A DNA stretch of 64,000 bases, from contig OZ024761.1 in the NCBI GenBank assembly GCA_964016885.1, positions 14,260,001 to 14,324,000 of the forward strand. Reading direction: 5' to 3'. The first letter of the stretch is position 1; each line of letters starts with the position of its first letter. Shown here piece after piece: positions 11,958 to 25,745 of this stretch. The notes beneath the pieces were generated by a model. That model ran no database searches. It was not told where the DNA came from and worked only from the letters and a program-made list of their open reading frames with translations. A program made the position numbers and the translations under genes. The DNA comes from Eledone cirrhosa (lineage: Eukaryota).

Positions 11958-12111
11958 CAGGAGAACATGATATGAAGGCTAAAAAACACTTGTGGATAGT
12001 GCAGTTTTAAATCAACATATCATATTATGTATACTCCAGTCCTACAAACTGTAGAGTGCTTCTTATCCGATATCTGCATTGCTTTATTGTACTACAATAA
12101 AACTCACCTCC

Positions 12112-12147
<36 letters not shown>

Positions 12148-12187
12148 TAGTAACACAGCAGTTAGTTCACCATACTGAGAACAATTG

Positions 12188-12263
<76 letters not shown>

Positions 12264-12571
12264 TGTATGTTGAGACTGAATAAAAAATGGCGTAGACATA
12301 CAACACAACAGGAGGAAAAAATATAACACCACTGACGATGTTGCAGATGTGCAACGAAAGATTTATGTAAATTATGTAAACTATATATGTGTTTGTGTCT
12401 ATATTGTATCTGTATTATTTTTGACCGTCGGTCAGTCAATGGCAACATTGAGGACCGATTAAGTTAGATCGCAGATATAAAAGACACCGAGAAGCGAAAA
12501 CCAACCAAACAGTGAGTGTGTTCTGTTATTAATTCTGGCAATATTACACAAATATGACCCTCCCCAAGTAT

Positions 12572-12628
<57 letters not shown>

Positions 12629-13035
12629 TAAACATTATATATATATATATATATATATAAAATATTATCTTGACTCTGTATACCGTTTATCTTTCACCGA
12701 AAGTGGATTTTCATTACATCTCTTCTTTCCATGATATCCGGAATACATTGAGTTCTTCATACGGATTGGACACTACCGTAAACTCTTGGTAGATTTATCT
12801 ATATATATATATATATATATAAGTAGTAACACAACAGTTAGTTCACCATACTGAGAACAATTGTTATATATATATATATATATATGAAAAAGTATGACCC
12901 CGACGGCAGAGCTCAAGCCTTTTCGACAGCCGTCATACTTTTTCCTATTTCCCACTCTACTACCCTAAGTATTGAGTACTCTGGTGCGTTATGGTTCATC
13001 TGGTTTCTTACCACAATTCCTTTGTTATATATGTG

Positions 13036-13070
<35 letters not shown>

Positions 13071-13357
13071 GAGTCTCGGGATCAATCGGGGGTAACCACA
13101 GCAAGTAAGGTACTCAATATATTAGTAGAGTGTAAACAACAAATTTAATATAAAAATGGTTCCTACAGTACTAGAACTGTTTCATTCGAATGAAATCATC
13201 AAGGAAGCCCTGATGATTTCTTTCGAATGAAACAGTTCTAGTCCTGTAGAAGCCATATCTATATTAATATATTAAATGGCTTATATATATACCCATTTCT
13301 ATATCAAATTTATTATATATATACACCCATTTCTATATTAAATTTATTATATATAGA

Positions 13358-13550
13358 GGGCGGTGGATTGGCAGTATCGGTAGAGAGTCAGACGCCATGC
13401 TTTGAAGCATAGAGTTACGTCCCTTTATGATCTGAGTTCAAATCCCGCCGAGGTTAACTTTGCCTTTCATCCTTACGGGGGTCGATAAAATAAAGTACCA
13501 GTAATGTACTGGGTCATGGCTGGCCTTGTGCCTAAAATAGAAACAATTAT
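13358..13550 (+). mobile_element. tRNA-derived SINE (second family)
   Basis: TGGCAGTATCGG A box, GAGTTCAAATCC B box, central GCCTTTCATCCTTACGGGGTCGATAAAATAAAGTACCAG domain (Meta-like, inference) and (ATT)n tail. Many copies: 19036, 20810, 20995, 25982, 42465-43115, 44525, 53196, 59590-59970. Confidence 0.82.
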
Positions 13551-13811
13551 ATATATATATATACCCATTTCTATATTAAATCTATTATATATATATACCC
13601 ATTTCTATATCAAATTTGGTATATATATATAACAAATTCAATATAGAAATGGCTTATACATATCTGTACATAAATATATATATATCAGAGAACCAAATAC
13701 GATTTGATTTGAAAAAAGGTTTAAGCTAGCTCAATGTAAGGGAGGTAACTCTAAGAGCACTAAGTGAGAATTGAAAAGTGTGTCACTCTTCAGTGTATCT
13801 GTGAACGAAAT

Positions 13812-14072
13812 ATGGCTGCCGCACCCTGTCGCCGCATTCTTGCTCATATGAAAGATAAACTACACAAGACTTCGCCGATATGGAGCCGGAGTTCTGTGAG
13901 TACGACAACCGGAGCAATGCTTAATAAACCACCGGTGACAAAGTTTAGTATGATCAAAATTATGTCAACAGTGGTACCATTTCTGTATCTTGGAGCGTCG
14001 ATGAGTAGGAAAGGTGCTGCTTTTCTAGAAGAGAACGATATATTTGTTCCTGACGATGATGATGATGACTAA
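13812..14072 (+). CDS. SMDT1: Essential MCU regulator, mitochondrial (EMRE)
   Basis: 86 aa MAAAPCRRILAHMKDKLHKTSPIWSRSSVSTTTGAMLNKPPVTKFSMIKIMSTVVPFLYLGASMSRKGAAFLEENDIFVPDDDDDD: basic presequence, TTTGA..P, TM helix with PFLY.GxxxS, AA.LEE.DIFVP plus poly-Asp tail, all diagnostic of EMRE. Confidence 0.95.
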   Translation: MAAAPCRRILAHMKDKLHKTSPIWSRSSVSTTTGAMLNKPPVTKFSMIKIMSTVVPFLYLGASMSRKGAAFLEENDIFVPDDDDDD

Positions 14073-14224
14073 AAGAAGAAGAAGATCAACAACAACCGCA
14101 GCCACAGTAACAGTTATAACTACAACAATACTAACAACAACAACTTATTAACAGATTGTTAACAGATTCCCCTCCCGTGGTAACTAGCGGCGAAGGAATG
14201 GTTTTATTTGACAACTAAAGAAAA

Positions 14225-14580
14225 ACAACAACAGTGGCAACAATAATAACAGCAGCAGCAACAACAACAGTTATAACTGCAACAACAACTATAACAATAC
14301 CAACTGTTATAACTACCACAGCAGCAGCAACAACAACAATTACAACAACAATTATAGTATCACCACGGACAACAGCAGCAGTTATAACTACTACAGCAAC
14401 AATAGAAACAACAGTAATTATAATAACACCAACAGTTATGACAACAACAACAACACCACCATCACTACGGACAACAGCAGCAGCAGCAGCAGCGATAACA
14501 ACAACAAAAACAAGAGCAGCAGTTATATAATTATGCCACTACCACCACCACCATCACTACTACCACCACCAACAACAACA
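14225..14580. repeat. (CAA/CAG/CAC)n low-complexity region downstream of EMRE
   Basis: Degenerate trinucleotide repeats; the Thr/Ala-rich ORF is an artefact. Confidence 0.8.
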
Positions 14581-15083
14581 ACTTGACTAACAGGTTAACG
14601 TGAAGAAGAGAGAAATGGCGTCGGTGGTGAAATGGCAATCTTTCAAATATACCTTCACGATCAAGAACTGGAAGACTAGGCGGACGAAACGCAAGAATTA
14701 GGCATAAGACAGGATATTTCTACATTCTATGGCTTATAAAGATAAGTAATTGCACTTAAGAAAGAACAAGAAACAACTAAATCACATTTACCCACCTCGA
14801 CCCCATCAAACGAAAAAAAAAAATTATTAATTAATAAGTAAATACATGATAGAAAAAGTTAATTAAGATCAATTTTAATATCTTTTAGTTTATAATAAAA
14901 TAATTATTATGCCATACCTGCACTAATATAAGCATTACATTATATATATATATATATCATTTTTTTTCTATATTAAATTTGTTGTTTACACCCTACTAAT
15001 GTATTGAGTACCTTACTGTGATTACTCGCGATTGATATTTTATCTTTTCATCGAGATTATATTATTATCAGAGACAAATAACT

Positions 15084-15127
<44 letters not shown>

Positions 15128-15264
15128 TTATATATATATATTTATATATATATATTTATATTTATTTATATATATATATATATTTATTTATATATATATA
15201 TTTATATATATATATTTATATTTATTTATATATATATATATATATTTATTTATATATATATATA

Positions 15265-15305
<41 letters not shown>

Positions 15306-15360
15306 GTAATATTAAGATAGATATGGCTTGGTCCAATAATAGCTAAGACATTTCATATAT

Positions 15361-15403
<43 letters not shown>

Positions 15404-15931
15404 ATTATATAATTTGCCTTTTTTTTCTTTCGTTTTCCTTCCAAACACTTGATAAAATGTGCACAACCATATATATATATTCTACTTTGGTAGGGTCATG
15501 CTGCCAATAAACAACACATGCACCTGTTGATTTTCACTTCAATTTATTACAAATTTCCGGTTGGTTAGTTTAATAACCGGATGGTTGTTTATTTATTGTC
15601 AAAGCTCTTTCGTCGCACATTCTGTGACCGCCTCTATGACTAATTTATTTTCTGTATCTCCTTTGTTCTGTCCTACACCATCTTGTTTGTGTGTGTTTAT
15701 ATATATATATATATAGATAGATAGATATAGATGATTTTATATTTATAAAGGTTCAAAAAGGTTCTGTGGCAGTAAATGCAATCGGTTCTTTGATTTTATC
15801 CCCCAAAATTATTTGATAGCAATCTAAAAGAGATGGTCGTATTTTATTGGCACGAAATCGTTTGGTAATACAAAACTGTCAATGTGTTTGTGTGCACCAG
15901 GTAAAAAAACAACCAACTTTAGCTGGGCTTA

Positions 15932-16285
15932 CTCTCAGGTTCCAAATAATAGGGGTGGCTTGGAAAATCAGTAGTTTTTTCTAGGTTGCCTCCCTTGATT
16001 ATTTAAAAAAACCAGAAGTGGTTGTTTAGTTTACCTATTGAGACAGCAAACCATCCTATTTTTTTTAATAATGTATAGGATTTCTAGTACTTTTTTTTTT
16101 GTCATGTACAATGTCTTTTTAATGTATAAAGAAAATTAATTTTTGCAGGAGTGGTACCACTTCAATTAAAATTTCGGCAGAAATAGATTAGCAAAATTTA
16201 ATAAATGGGCGAAAGGAAGCCGGCAAAGCAAGAGAGGGGGTCTGAAAAATTACTAATTGGGGGCTGATTATTTGAGGCCTGAGAG
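15932..16285. mobile_element. MITE with TA target duplication (Tc1/mariner/pogo-type)
   Basis: TA|CTCTCAGGTTCCAAATAAT ... ATTATTTGAGGCCTGAGAG|TA imperfect terminal inverted repeats. Confidence 0.65.
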
Positions 16286-16769
16286 TAACCTGGTTAATTT
16301 ACACCGACTTTTTTTTTTTTCCATACCATATTGGTCCTATTTATATCTGGAGATTTTTGTGTTTATGCTGAAAGGTGGAATACTAAATTAACATGAGCAC
16401 CAATATAACAGCACCCAAATATATCTGGGAGAGTAAGGAAAAATAATAATACTGAAAGGTCATTGCTGGAACGTTTTTCAGCACACAGGTATGTTGGATC
16501 AGGATTGACCTGGGGCTAAACGACAGGATGAGATGAAACCACCCTCATTCGACACAATTTTTATCTCAATATTTATTTCTTTTCTTACCTATTTGTCTAT
16601 CTATCCATCTCTCTATATCAGACTATCTCTCATATTTTCCTATCTTTATTTATCTCTCCCAATCTCTCTCTCTCTCTCTCTAATTATCTATCGATCTCTC
16701 TAAATATCTATCTTTTAAAATTTAAGCCTGCCTTTCTTATACATCTAAAAGTTTTTGTTTTGTGTGTAT

Positions 16770-16800
<31 letters not shown>

Positions 16801-19794
16801 GAAAGAAAGATATGTATGCATATATATTAGGACAGATTAAAGTTTAAGCAAAGAATTTGTTTTCACCCTAATACAGGATCTTCTGATTATTGAGTCCACT
16901 TTCTCATTCAATAATCTAATTAAATTTCAAACAAACCGATATATATTTATATAATATATATAGATATATTATATATATATAATGTATTTTATATGTATAA
17001 TATATATCATCATCATCATCATCGTTTAACGTCTATCTTCCACGCTAGCATTGGTTGGACGGGAGTTGTCCCACTTGAGATAAGATTGGTTGGGTGACCG
17101 TGTCTCACTCTTATAGGACTATCTGGCAGGTTTTCTACGGCTGGATGCCCTTCCTAACACCAACCACATTTACAGTGTGGAATGGGAGCTCTTTACCGTG
17201 TTACCTACACAACATATATATAATATATATGAAAATGTATGACCCCGACGGCAGAGCTCAAGCCGTTTCGACGGCTATTTCTGGACTACAACTCCTTCGT
17301 TATATAATATATATATCATATATGTATACATATATCATATATATACATATATATATAATATATATATATATATCATATACATATATATATATTATGTATA
17401 TCATATATATATATATATATATGACCTCTGGCGTCACGCAGTAATACAGAGTACCCGACCTCCCATGGGTACAAGCTGAAGCATATAGACAATATGCCCC
17501 CACACCCCCCACTGCAAGGTGGTCGTGGAGGTGCCACAGCAAAAAAGCACCCAGCCCACACTGTAAAGTGGACGTGTAGGCACCACAAAAAAGCACCCCG
17601 CACTCACTGTAAATGAGGTTGGTGTTAGGAAGGGCATCCAGCTGTAGAAATCAAGCCAAAATCAGTTCCTGTATGAGTAAGGCATGGTCAGCCGACCAGA
17701 CACTGCCCACAACAGGACAACCCGTCTAACCCATGCTAGCGTGGAAGAACAGACGTAAAACGGTGATGATGATGATGATATATATATATATATATGTAAA
17801 TATTTCAAAAACTGTTACAATCAAAAGAAAACAGTAAGACATATTGGTGGTTTGTGAAGACTGTCTGGCAATGGGCGAAAAATATGCAAGGATAATTACA
17901 TCATTATGTGGACCTTCCCTGACAAAACAGTAAAGAAAATGTCCCTAAACCCTATACCTCATGCTAATATATATTTATTTCAATTTGAAATACAAGGTAA
18001 TAATGAAGAAGCATCTCTAGATCTTTCAAAACTGTGACACATTTTTTTTAGAAATAGAATTTTTGATGGCACAGAATTAATTTAAAAAACCCATTTGATA
18101 ACAATTCAGCTAGAATGATCTCTAGTTAGGTGAAATAAAACCACTTAAATTTAAATATTCAAACATAGTTTTATATATGAACTAGACATATCCAGTTTAT
18201 TCTCGTTTGGAGACACACACTCACAGAAAGCATAGTTTTTAACATCATCCTCCCTTCTACACATTCACACGCACATATACTCACACAGAGCTTTGTGCAA
18301 AAGTTGAAAAGCTGTTTGAAATTTTTTTTTTTGCTGTAGAATTTTCACCATCCCGCTTCATTTTAACTCATTTATCTCATGAACGGACAGTCACAAAATT
18401 CGACTTTTATTTATATATGAACATATGTTACATCATTATTATCTTAGTAATGAAATAATAATTGTTGTAAATGCCTCTAGATTATTCACCAATTAATTAA
18501 AAAGGAATTTATTTCCTTCGAATTATTGTTAATTATCATGGTCTGTCCCATTAACCATGTGTTTAATAATTGAATGCAAACATTGTCTCAGATTTCAAAG
18601 ATATACTCAACAGCAACAAATATTTTAACAAAAAAAAAATATTTGATCAAATTTGAAGTAAAATTGTATGATGTAACTAGAGATGGTTAGACTTTATTAT
18701 AAAGGACCTGTTTTCTAGCCAATCATCATTTTACATCTGCTTTTCCCTGCTTGCATAGGTGGGATGGGTCATATTCAGTACAGCATCTCTCCATTCGTCA
18801 CAGGTTCTAAAGTTGTGGTCCTCAGAGGGGTTGTTACACCAAGGGACAGGGATGGCAGTTGAAAAATGAAGGACCTGTTTTCTGGCCAATCTTAGTTTCT
18901 AATATTCCTTAGACCAGGTTCTAAAGTTGGGGTCCTCAGAGGGGTCATTACTGACACCCAAGGCTCGGGTGGTAGATTAAGGGGTTGAATGGGTTATGAC
19001 CAAGAGGCCTCAAAATATTATTATTAATAATAAAAAGGGTGGTGGGTTGGCAGTATCAGTAGAGCGTCAGACAATATGCTTTGTGGCATATAGTTACGTC
19101 CCTTTATGTTCTGAGTTCAAATCCCACCAAGGTTATCTTTGCCTTTCATCCTTACTACAGAGGTCAATAAAATAAAGTAGCAGTAATGCACTGGGGTCGA
19201 TTTAATCAATGTTCTCCTTCCCCCAAAATTGTCGACCTTGGGCCTAAATTAGAAACCATTATATTTATTTATTTATGGTTTTGTACATGCCTGAAGTTGA
19301 TGTGGGGGAGTGCTTAAGGATTACACTACATGAAGGAACTCCCACCCACCCTACCATAGTCTAAAGGTTTGGGAGTCAATGCACTAAAGTATTGTGGCAC
19401 AGTTTGGCAACATCTGGTTTAATCTAAACTTTCTATACCCCCTCTGTCTCTCTCTCTCTATATATATATATTTTTCTCCCCTCTTTATATATATAAATAT
19501 ATAAATATATATATATATATACAGATTGTATTTCTAGAACATTTAACTATTTTTTTTTTTTTTGTTGTTTATTTTTTCATAACTTGAAAACTCCTATTTT
19601 TTGAGATTATTGTTAAGACACTGAGTTAATAACAATATCAGGTGCATCAGGTAGTATAGGTAGAAAAGTTGTGATGTTGAAGCATTTGTGCATAAATGTT
19701 CTCTTCCTCACTAATTCTATTAACTAGTTTTATTCAGCAATCCTCAAAACAAAGATTTTAGTAAACAATTTGTGACTTATATATATATATATAT

Positions 19795-20114
19795 ACTTCT
19801 TCTCTCCTCTTTATATATATATATATATATACTTCTTCTCTCCTCTTTATATATATATATACTTCTTCTCTCCTCTTTATATATATATATATATATATAC
19901 TTCTTCTCTCCTCTTTATATATATATATATATATATACTTCTTCTCTCCTCTTTATATATATATATATATATACTTCTTCTCTCCTCTTTATATATATAT
20001 ATACTTCTTCTCTCCTCTTTATATATATATATATACTTCTTCTCTCCTCTTTATATATATATATACTTCTTCTCTCCTCTTTATATATATATATATATAT
20101 ACTTCTTCTCTCCT

Positions 20115-20120
<6 letters not shown>
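19795..20120. repeat. Minisatellite TACTTCTTCTCTCCTCTTTA(TA)n
   Basis: About 10 units with variable (TA)n. Confidence 0.9.
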
Positions 20121-20169
<49 letters not shown>

Positions 20170-20644
20170 TTATGTAATAAACAACATAAGATAATTATTT
20201 CATTTACCAGTGGTTTCTTGAAAGCAAACAAAATTTGCTTTCAGTCATCAGAATGAAAAAATCCTGGTGTATTTATTGACAGTGGATTTTAAATATATAT
20301 ATATACTTTTTCGCCACTCTTTATATATCATCATCATCATCATTGTTTAACATCTATCTTCCACGCTAGCATGGGTTTAGACGAGAGTTGTCCTACTTGA
20401 GGCAAGAATGGTCGGGTGACCATGTCTCGCTCGTATAGGACTGTCTGGCAGGTTTATATATATATACTTTTTCTCCCCTTTTCATATATATATATATATA
20501 TAGCTATGTAATAAACAACATAAGGCAATTATTCCATTTACCAGTGGTTTCTTAAAAGCAAAAAAATTTTGCTTTCAATCATCAGAATGAAAAAATCCTG
20601 GAGTATTTATTGACGTTGGATTTTAAAAACAAAAATGCAATCTA

Positions 20645-20694
<50 letters not shown>

Positions 20695-21188
20695 AAGTCA
20701 GGCTATATCAATACAGATTGAACCTTGAGCTGATCAATAGTGAACCACGTGTCACTACTCAATAAACATAATGAAGATATAAATAGTCCTTTTTATTAGT
20801 TCAAATCCCGCCGAGGTTAACTTTGCCTTTCATCCTTACGGAGTCGATAAAATAAAATACCAGTAATACACTGGGTATTTGCTGGCCTTGTACCAAAAAG
20901 TAGAAACAATTATTATTATCCCAGTCTATTGCATTGTCTGCTATATGTTGGCCCTTGTGGCCAATAAATGAAACCATTATTATTATAATATATAGGCGGT
21001 GGATTGGCAGTATCAGTAGAGGGTCGGACGCCATGCTTTGACGCATAGAGTTACGGCCCTTGCCATTCTGAGTTCAAATTCCGCCGAGGTTAACTTTGCC
21101 TTTCATCCTTACGGGGTCGATAAAATAAAAAGTACCAGTAATACACTGGGTAATTGCTGACCTTGTGCCAAAGGTAGAAAAAATTATT

Positions 21189-21232
<44 letters not shown>

Positions 21233-21562
21233 GAATAAAGTTAGTCCTTCATCAGTGATCTTCCAACCATCATTGGTATTTCAGCGCTTTAAAGACCATA
21301 TACCTCCGGTTGGTGCGAGCAACGGCTAAAGAAAGTCGTTGGGACACGTAAATAAGGGGAACAGCGAGAGTGTAAACAAACAAAGACGGTAAAGCAACGA
21401 AAAGTGAGGAAGAACGAGTCAAGTCCCAGATTTCCATGAATATAAGTTTGGTGAAATCGTGAACGAGAGAGAATAAAGACCATCAAACCTAGTCGAAATG
21501 TGAGCAAGGAAGGAATTCCGCACAGGTCAAACGGGAGGAAGATATATATATATATAGAGAGA

Positions 21563-21745
21563 GAGGCACATGGCTTAGTGGTTAGAGCATTGGCCTTGCA
21601 ATCGAAAGGTTGTGAGTTCAATTCTCAGACCGGGTGATGTGTTGTTTCCTTGAGCAAGACACTTTATTTCACATTGCTCCAGTTTACTCAGCTGTAGAAA
21701 TGAGATGATAGGGACTGGGGTCCCTATCATTCCACTGCAAAGTGG
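21563..21745 (+). mobile_element. tRNA-derived SINE (CORE-like family)
   Basis: A and B boxes plus CORE-like segment; same family as 630-800. Confidence 0.8.
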
Positions 21746-22346
21746 ACGTGGAGGTGCCACAGCAAAAAAGCACCAGCTACCCAGCTGTAGAAATAAGGCC
21801 AGAATCAGTTCCCATCCCACCCATGCAAGCAGGGAAAAAGCGGACGTAAAATGAAATGATGATGATGAGAGAGAGATACATATATATATATATATCTTTC
21901 TCCCCCTCCCTCTCTCCTTCACACACAGCTCTTCAGCTGCCATGCCCTTACCAATGTCTTCTAGTACAGCACTGTATGTCACATGCTCAACTGTTTACCA
22001 TTTACATTATATAACATCCCAGACTATTAATAGAATTAATGATAATTATGTTGATTAGAGATGGCAATAGTGAGGCTGAGGTTATTGTTATGGTAGTGCT
22101 GTTTTATAAGCCAGCAGTTATTGGATATTTCTAAATAATACACACATACACACACAAGCAAGCTCAGATTGTGTGTGTGCGTGTGTGTAGATATATCATC
22201 ATCATCATTTTACGTCCTCTTTTCCCTGCTTGCAAGGGTGGGATGGGTCCTATTCAGCACAGCATCTCTCCACTTGTCACAGTCCTTCGTCATCTCCTCC
22301 GTCACCTTCAGCGATCTGAGGTCTGCTCTCACCACCTCCGCCCATG

Positions 22347-22398
<52 letters not shown>

Positions 22399-22505
22399 AA
22401 TAATAATAAATGTGAAGACTAAAATCCGAAGAGGGCTCGATAATAATAATATATATCAAATATATAAACACCATAGAGCAAATATTTATTAAAATAACAG
22501 ATTAA

Positions 22506-22556
22506 TGTTTAAGCAATGAATCGCTGCTTTCACCCTTAATGGGATCTTCTGAAACA
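22506..22556 (-). ncRNA. Hammerhead-like motif, A4 core
   Basis: Reverse complement: TGTTT CAGAAGA TCCCattaaGGGT GAAA GCA gcgattcat TGC TT AAACA; all three stems pair. Confidence 0.65.
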
Positions 22557-22632
22557 AAAAATAATCAATCTGTGGATGCGTCCCATGGACTGAGTGCTCT
22601 ACTACTATGGATAAAACCCCCCAGTATTCTAC

Positions 22633-22680
<48 letters not shown>

Positions 22681-22806
22681 ATATATATATATATGAAACT
22701 GTTCTAGTCCTGTAGAAGCCATTTCTATATCAAATCTGTTGTTTAAACTCTACTAATGTACTGAGTACCTTACTTACTGTGGTTACCTCTGATTGAACCT
22801 GGGACT

Positions 22807-22839
<33 letters not shown>

Positions 22840-22954
22840 ACACACACATACACACAAAAGCAAGCTAAGATTGTACATATATATATATAATGTGTGTATA
22901 TATATATATACATACAATTTTGCCTTGCTTAGTTCAGGCTTTCTTTTTCATTCA

Positions 22955-24880
22955 TACTTACACCCACTCAAACACCACCACCACCACCACTACTACAATT
23001 GCTAACCACACCACCACTACTACAACTACTACCTACACCCACTCAAACATACCACCACCACCACCACCACTACAACTACTACCTACACCCACTCAAACAT
23101 ACCACTACCACCACCACCACTACTACAACTGCTACCTACACCCACTCAAACATACCACTACCACCACCACCACTACTACAACTGCTACCTACACCCACTC
23201 AAACACCACCACTACCACCACCACTACTACAACTACTACCTATACCCACTCAAACACACCACCACCACCACCACTACTACAATTGCTAACCACACCACCA
23301 CCACCACCACCACCACTACTACAACTGCTAACACCACCACCACTACTACAACTGCTAACCACACCACCACCACGACTACTACAACTGCTAACCACACCAC
23401 CACTACTACAACTACTACCTATACCCACTCAAACACACCACCACCACCACCACCACTACTACAACTACTACCTATACCCACTCAAACACACCACCACAAC
23501 TGCTAACACCACCACAACTGCTAACACCACCACCACTACTACAACTGCTAACCACACCACCACCACGACTACTACAACTGCTAACCACACCACCACTACT
23601 ACAACTACTACCTATACCCACTCAAACACACCACCACCACCACCACCACTACTACAACTACTACCTATACCCACTCAAACACACCACCACAACTGCTAAC
23701 ACCACCACCACTACTACAACTGCTAACCACACCACCACCACCACGACTACTACAACTACTACCTACACCCACTCAAACACCACCACCACCACCACCACTA
23801 CTACAATTGCTAACCACACCACCACTACTACAACTACTACCTACACCCACTCAAACACACCACCACCACTACTACAACTGCTAACCACACCACCACCACC
23901 ACTACTACCTATACTCACTCAAACACACCACCACCACTACTACCTATACTCACTCAAACACACCACCACCACTACTACCTATACTCACTCAAACACACCA
24001 CCACCACTACTACCTATACTCACTCAAACACACCACCACCACTACTACCTATACTCACTCAAACACACCACCACCACTACTACCATACTCACTCAAACAC
24101 ACCACCACCACTACTACCTATACTCACTCAAACACACCACCACCACTACTACCTATACTCACTCAAACACACCACCACCACCACCACCACCACCACACAA
24201 TGATAACAAAATACAATGGTGTTTATTGTTGGTTCAAGTCATTCAACCATGAAACTACTACTACTACTACTACAACCACTTCCTGTACCATGCTACAACT
24301 ACTACTACTACTGCCACCACTTCCTGTACCATGCTACAACTACTACTACTACTACTACTGCCACCACTTCTTGTACCATGCTACAACTACTACTACTACT
24401 ACTACTATTACTGCCACCACTTCTTGTACCCTACAACTACCAACACCACTGTTACTACTACTACTACTACCACCACCACCACCACTGCTACTACGACGAC
24501 GACCACCACCACTACTACTACCACGGCGGCGACCACCACTGCTACTACTACTACCATCACCACCACCACTACTACTACTACTATCATCACCACCACCACC
24601 ACTACTACCACCACTACCACTACTACCACCACCACTGCTGCTGCTACTACTACCACGACGACGACCACCATTGCTACTACCACCACCACCACCACTACTA
24701 CTACCACGACGATGACCACCACTGCTACTACTACTACCATCACCACCACTACTACCACCACGACGATGACCACCACTGCTACTACTACTACCATCACCAC
24801 CACTACTACCACTACCACCACTGCTACTACTACCACGACCACCACCACCACCACTACTACTACTACCACTACTATTACTG
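22955..24880. repeat. CAC/CTA-rich compound minisatellite
   Basis: Units such as CCTATACTCACTCAAACACACCACCACCACTACTA followed by (CTA/CCA/CGA)n; the His/Thr/Tyr ORFs are artefacts. Confidence 0.9.
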
Positions 24881-25099
24881 CTATTATGTTTGTATTGTTG
24901 ACTCGCTTCTCAATGTCCTGAATGACCTTGAGAAAAGTATGAATGCCACAACTACATCTGTTTCCTCTTTTTATGTCTAGATTAACCCTTTCAATAATTT
25001 AATACCACCTTGCCTGAAACCTTAAACATTTTATTCTCATTTTATGTAAGAACCTTCGTTAAGTTATGCTCCAAACACCAGCTTAATAATGATATATTC

Positions 25100-25445
25100 A
25101 ACCTTGGAAAGGGCAAGAGTCCCTGAGGGAATTACCCAATTCCCATTGGAAGGAGGTAGATCCCTGATCTGGGACTTCACATGTTGTGACATGTTCTCTG
25201 CCTCCAACTTATTCCCTTCGGCCACAAACCACGACACTGCAGCCCCGTAATTCAGAGGAAAGAAAGACAAGCAAATACTGGAGATTGTCTGGCCACTTCC
25301 TCATCACACTGGTCACCATTGTTGAGACCCCAGGTATACTTGGACCCCGTACTGCTGAGCTCCTCCTCCGTAAGATCAGAATGTAAGGAGCTCAGTGGGT
25401 GGGGGTGGCTGTTGCAGTGGGTGGCATTGCCCATTGTCTGCGGGG
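25100..25445 (+). mobile_element. CRE-like non-LTR retrotransposon C-terminal (restriction-like endonuclease) fragment
   Basis: RVPEGITQFPLEGGRSLIWDFTCCD...EERKTSKYWRL....TIVETPGILGPRTAELL matches RPDGxTxxPWxxGxxLxWDxT ... ExxKxxKY ... VETxGxxG; frameshifted. Confidence 0.7.
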
Positions 25446-25537
25446 CGCAGCTCCAACACCGCTACGCCCTAGATCTAGGAGATAGGGAAATCCATTACGG
25501 GTAACTATGTTGTTACCAGGGAAACCACAATATTTAA

Positions 25538-25745
25538 CCCTTTAGCATTTACATTACTCTATATTTACTATTATATTTTCATGGTAAACACTCTATCTCA
25601 CATAATATTGAATCTATGAGATTTTGATATTATTTATTTTGAGAACAATACCATAACATCAGTATGAGTGGCCAGGTACAGACGGTTTGAATAGAAAGAG
25701 GTGAGAGAATTCTGGCCGGATATGGCTGGTTTAAATGCTAAAGGG
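25538..25745. mobile_element. piggyBac-type MITE
   Basis: TTAA|CCCTTTAGCATTT ... AAATGCTAAAGGG|TTAA. Second copy 25808-26256 with a nested SINE; related copies near 7950-8302 and 34835-35005. Confidence 0.8.

Noticed and set aside
13358-13450. tRNA genes suggested by A/B boxes (many copies)
   Set aside because: No cloverleaf; these are SINE heads followed by SINE body and tail.
14594-16488. Splice-like signals downstream of EMRE (ACTAACAG acceptor, CAG|GTAAAA, CAG|GTATGT)
   Set aside because: No coherent reading frame; may be UTR exons but cannot be supported without RNA data.
20170-20625. Two duplicated segments whose minus strand reads CTGATGA-(CT/TT)-GAAA-GCAAA..TTTGC-TT
   Set aside because: Only 2 nt replace stem II and stem I is unpaired next to the core; not a credible ribozyme or C/D snoRNA from sequence alone.
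22890-24980. Thr/His/Pro-rich mucin- or extensin-like ORFs
   Set aside because: All frames are open because of CAC/CTA repeats; no signal peptide or splice support.
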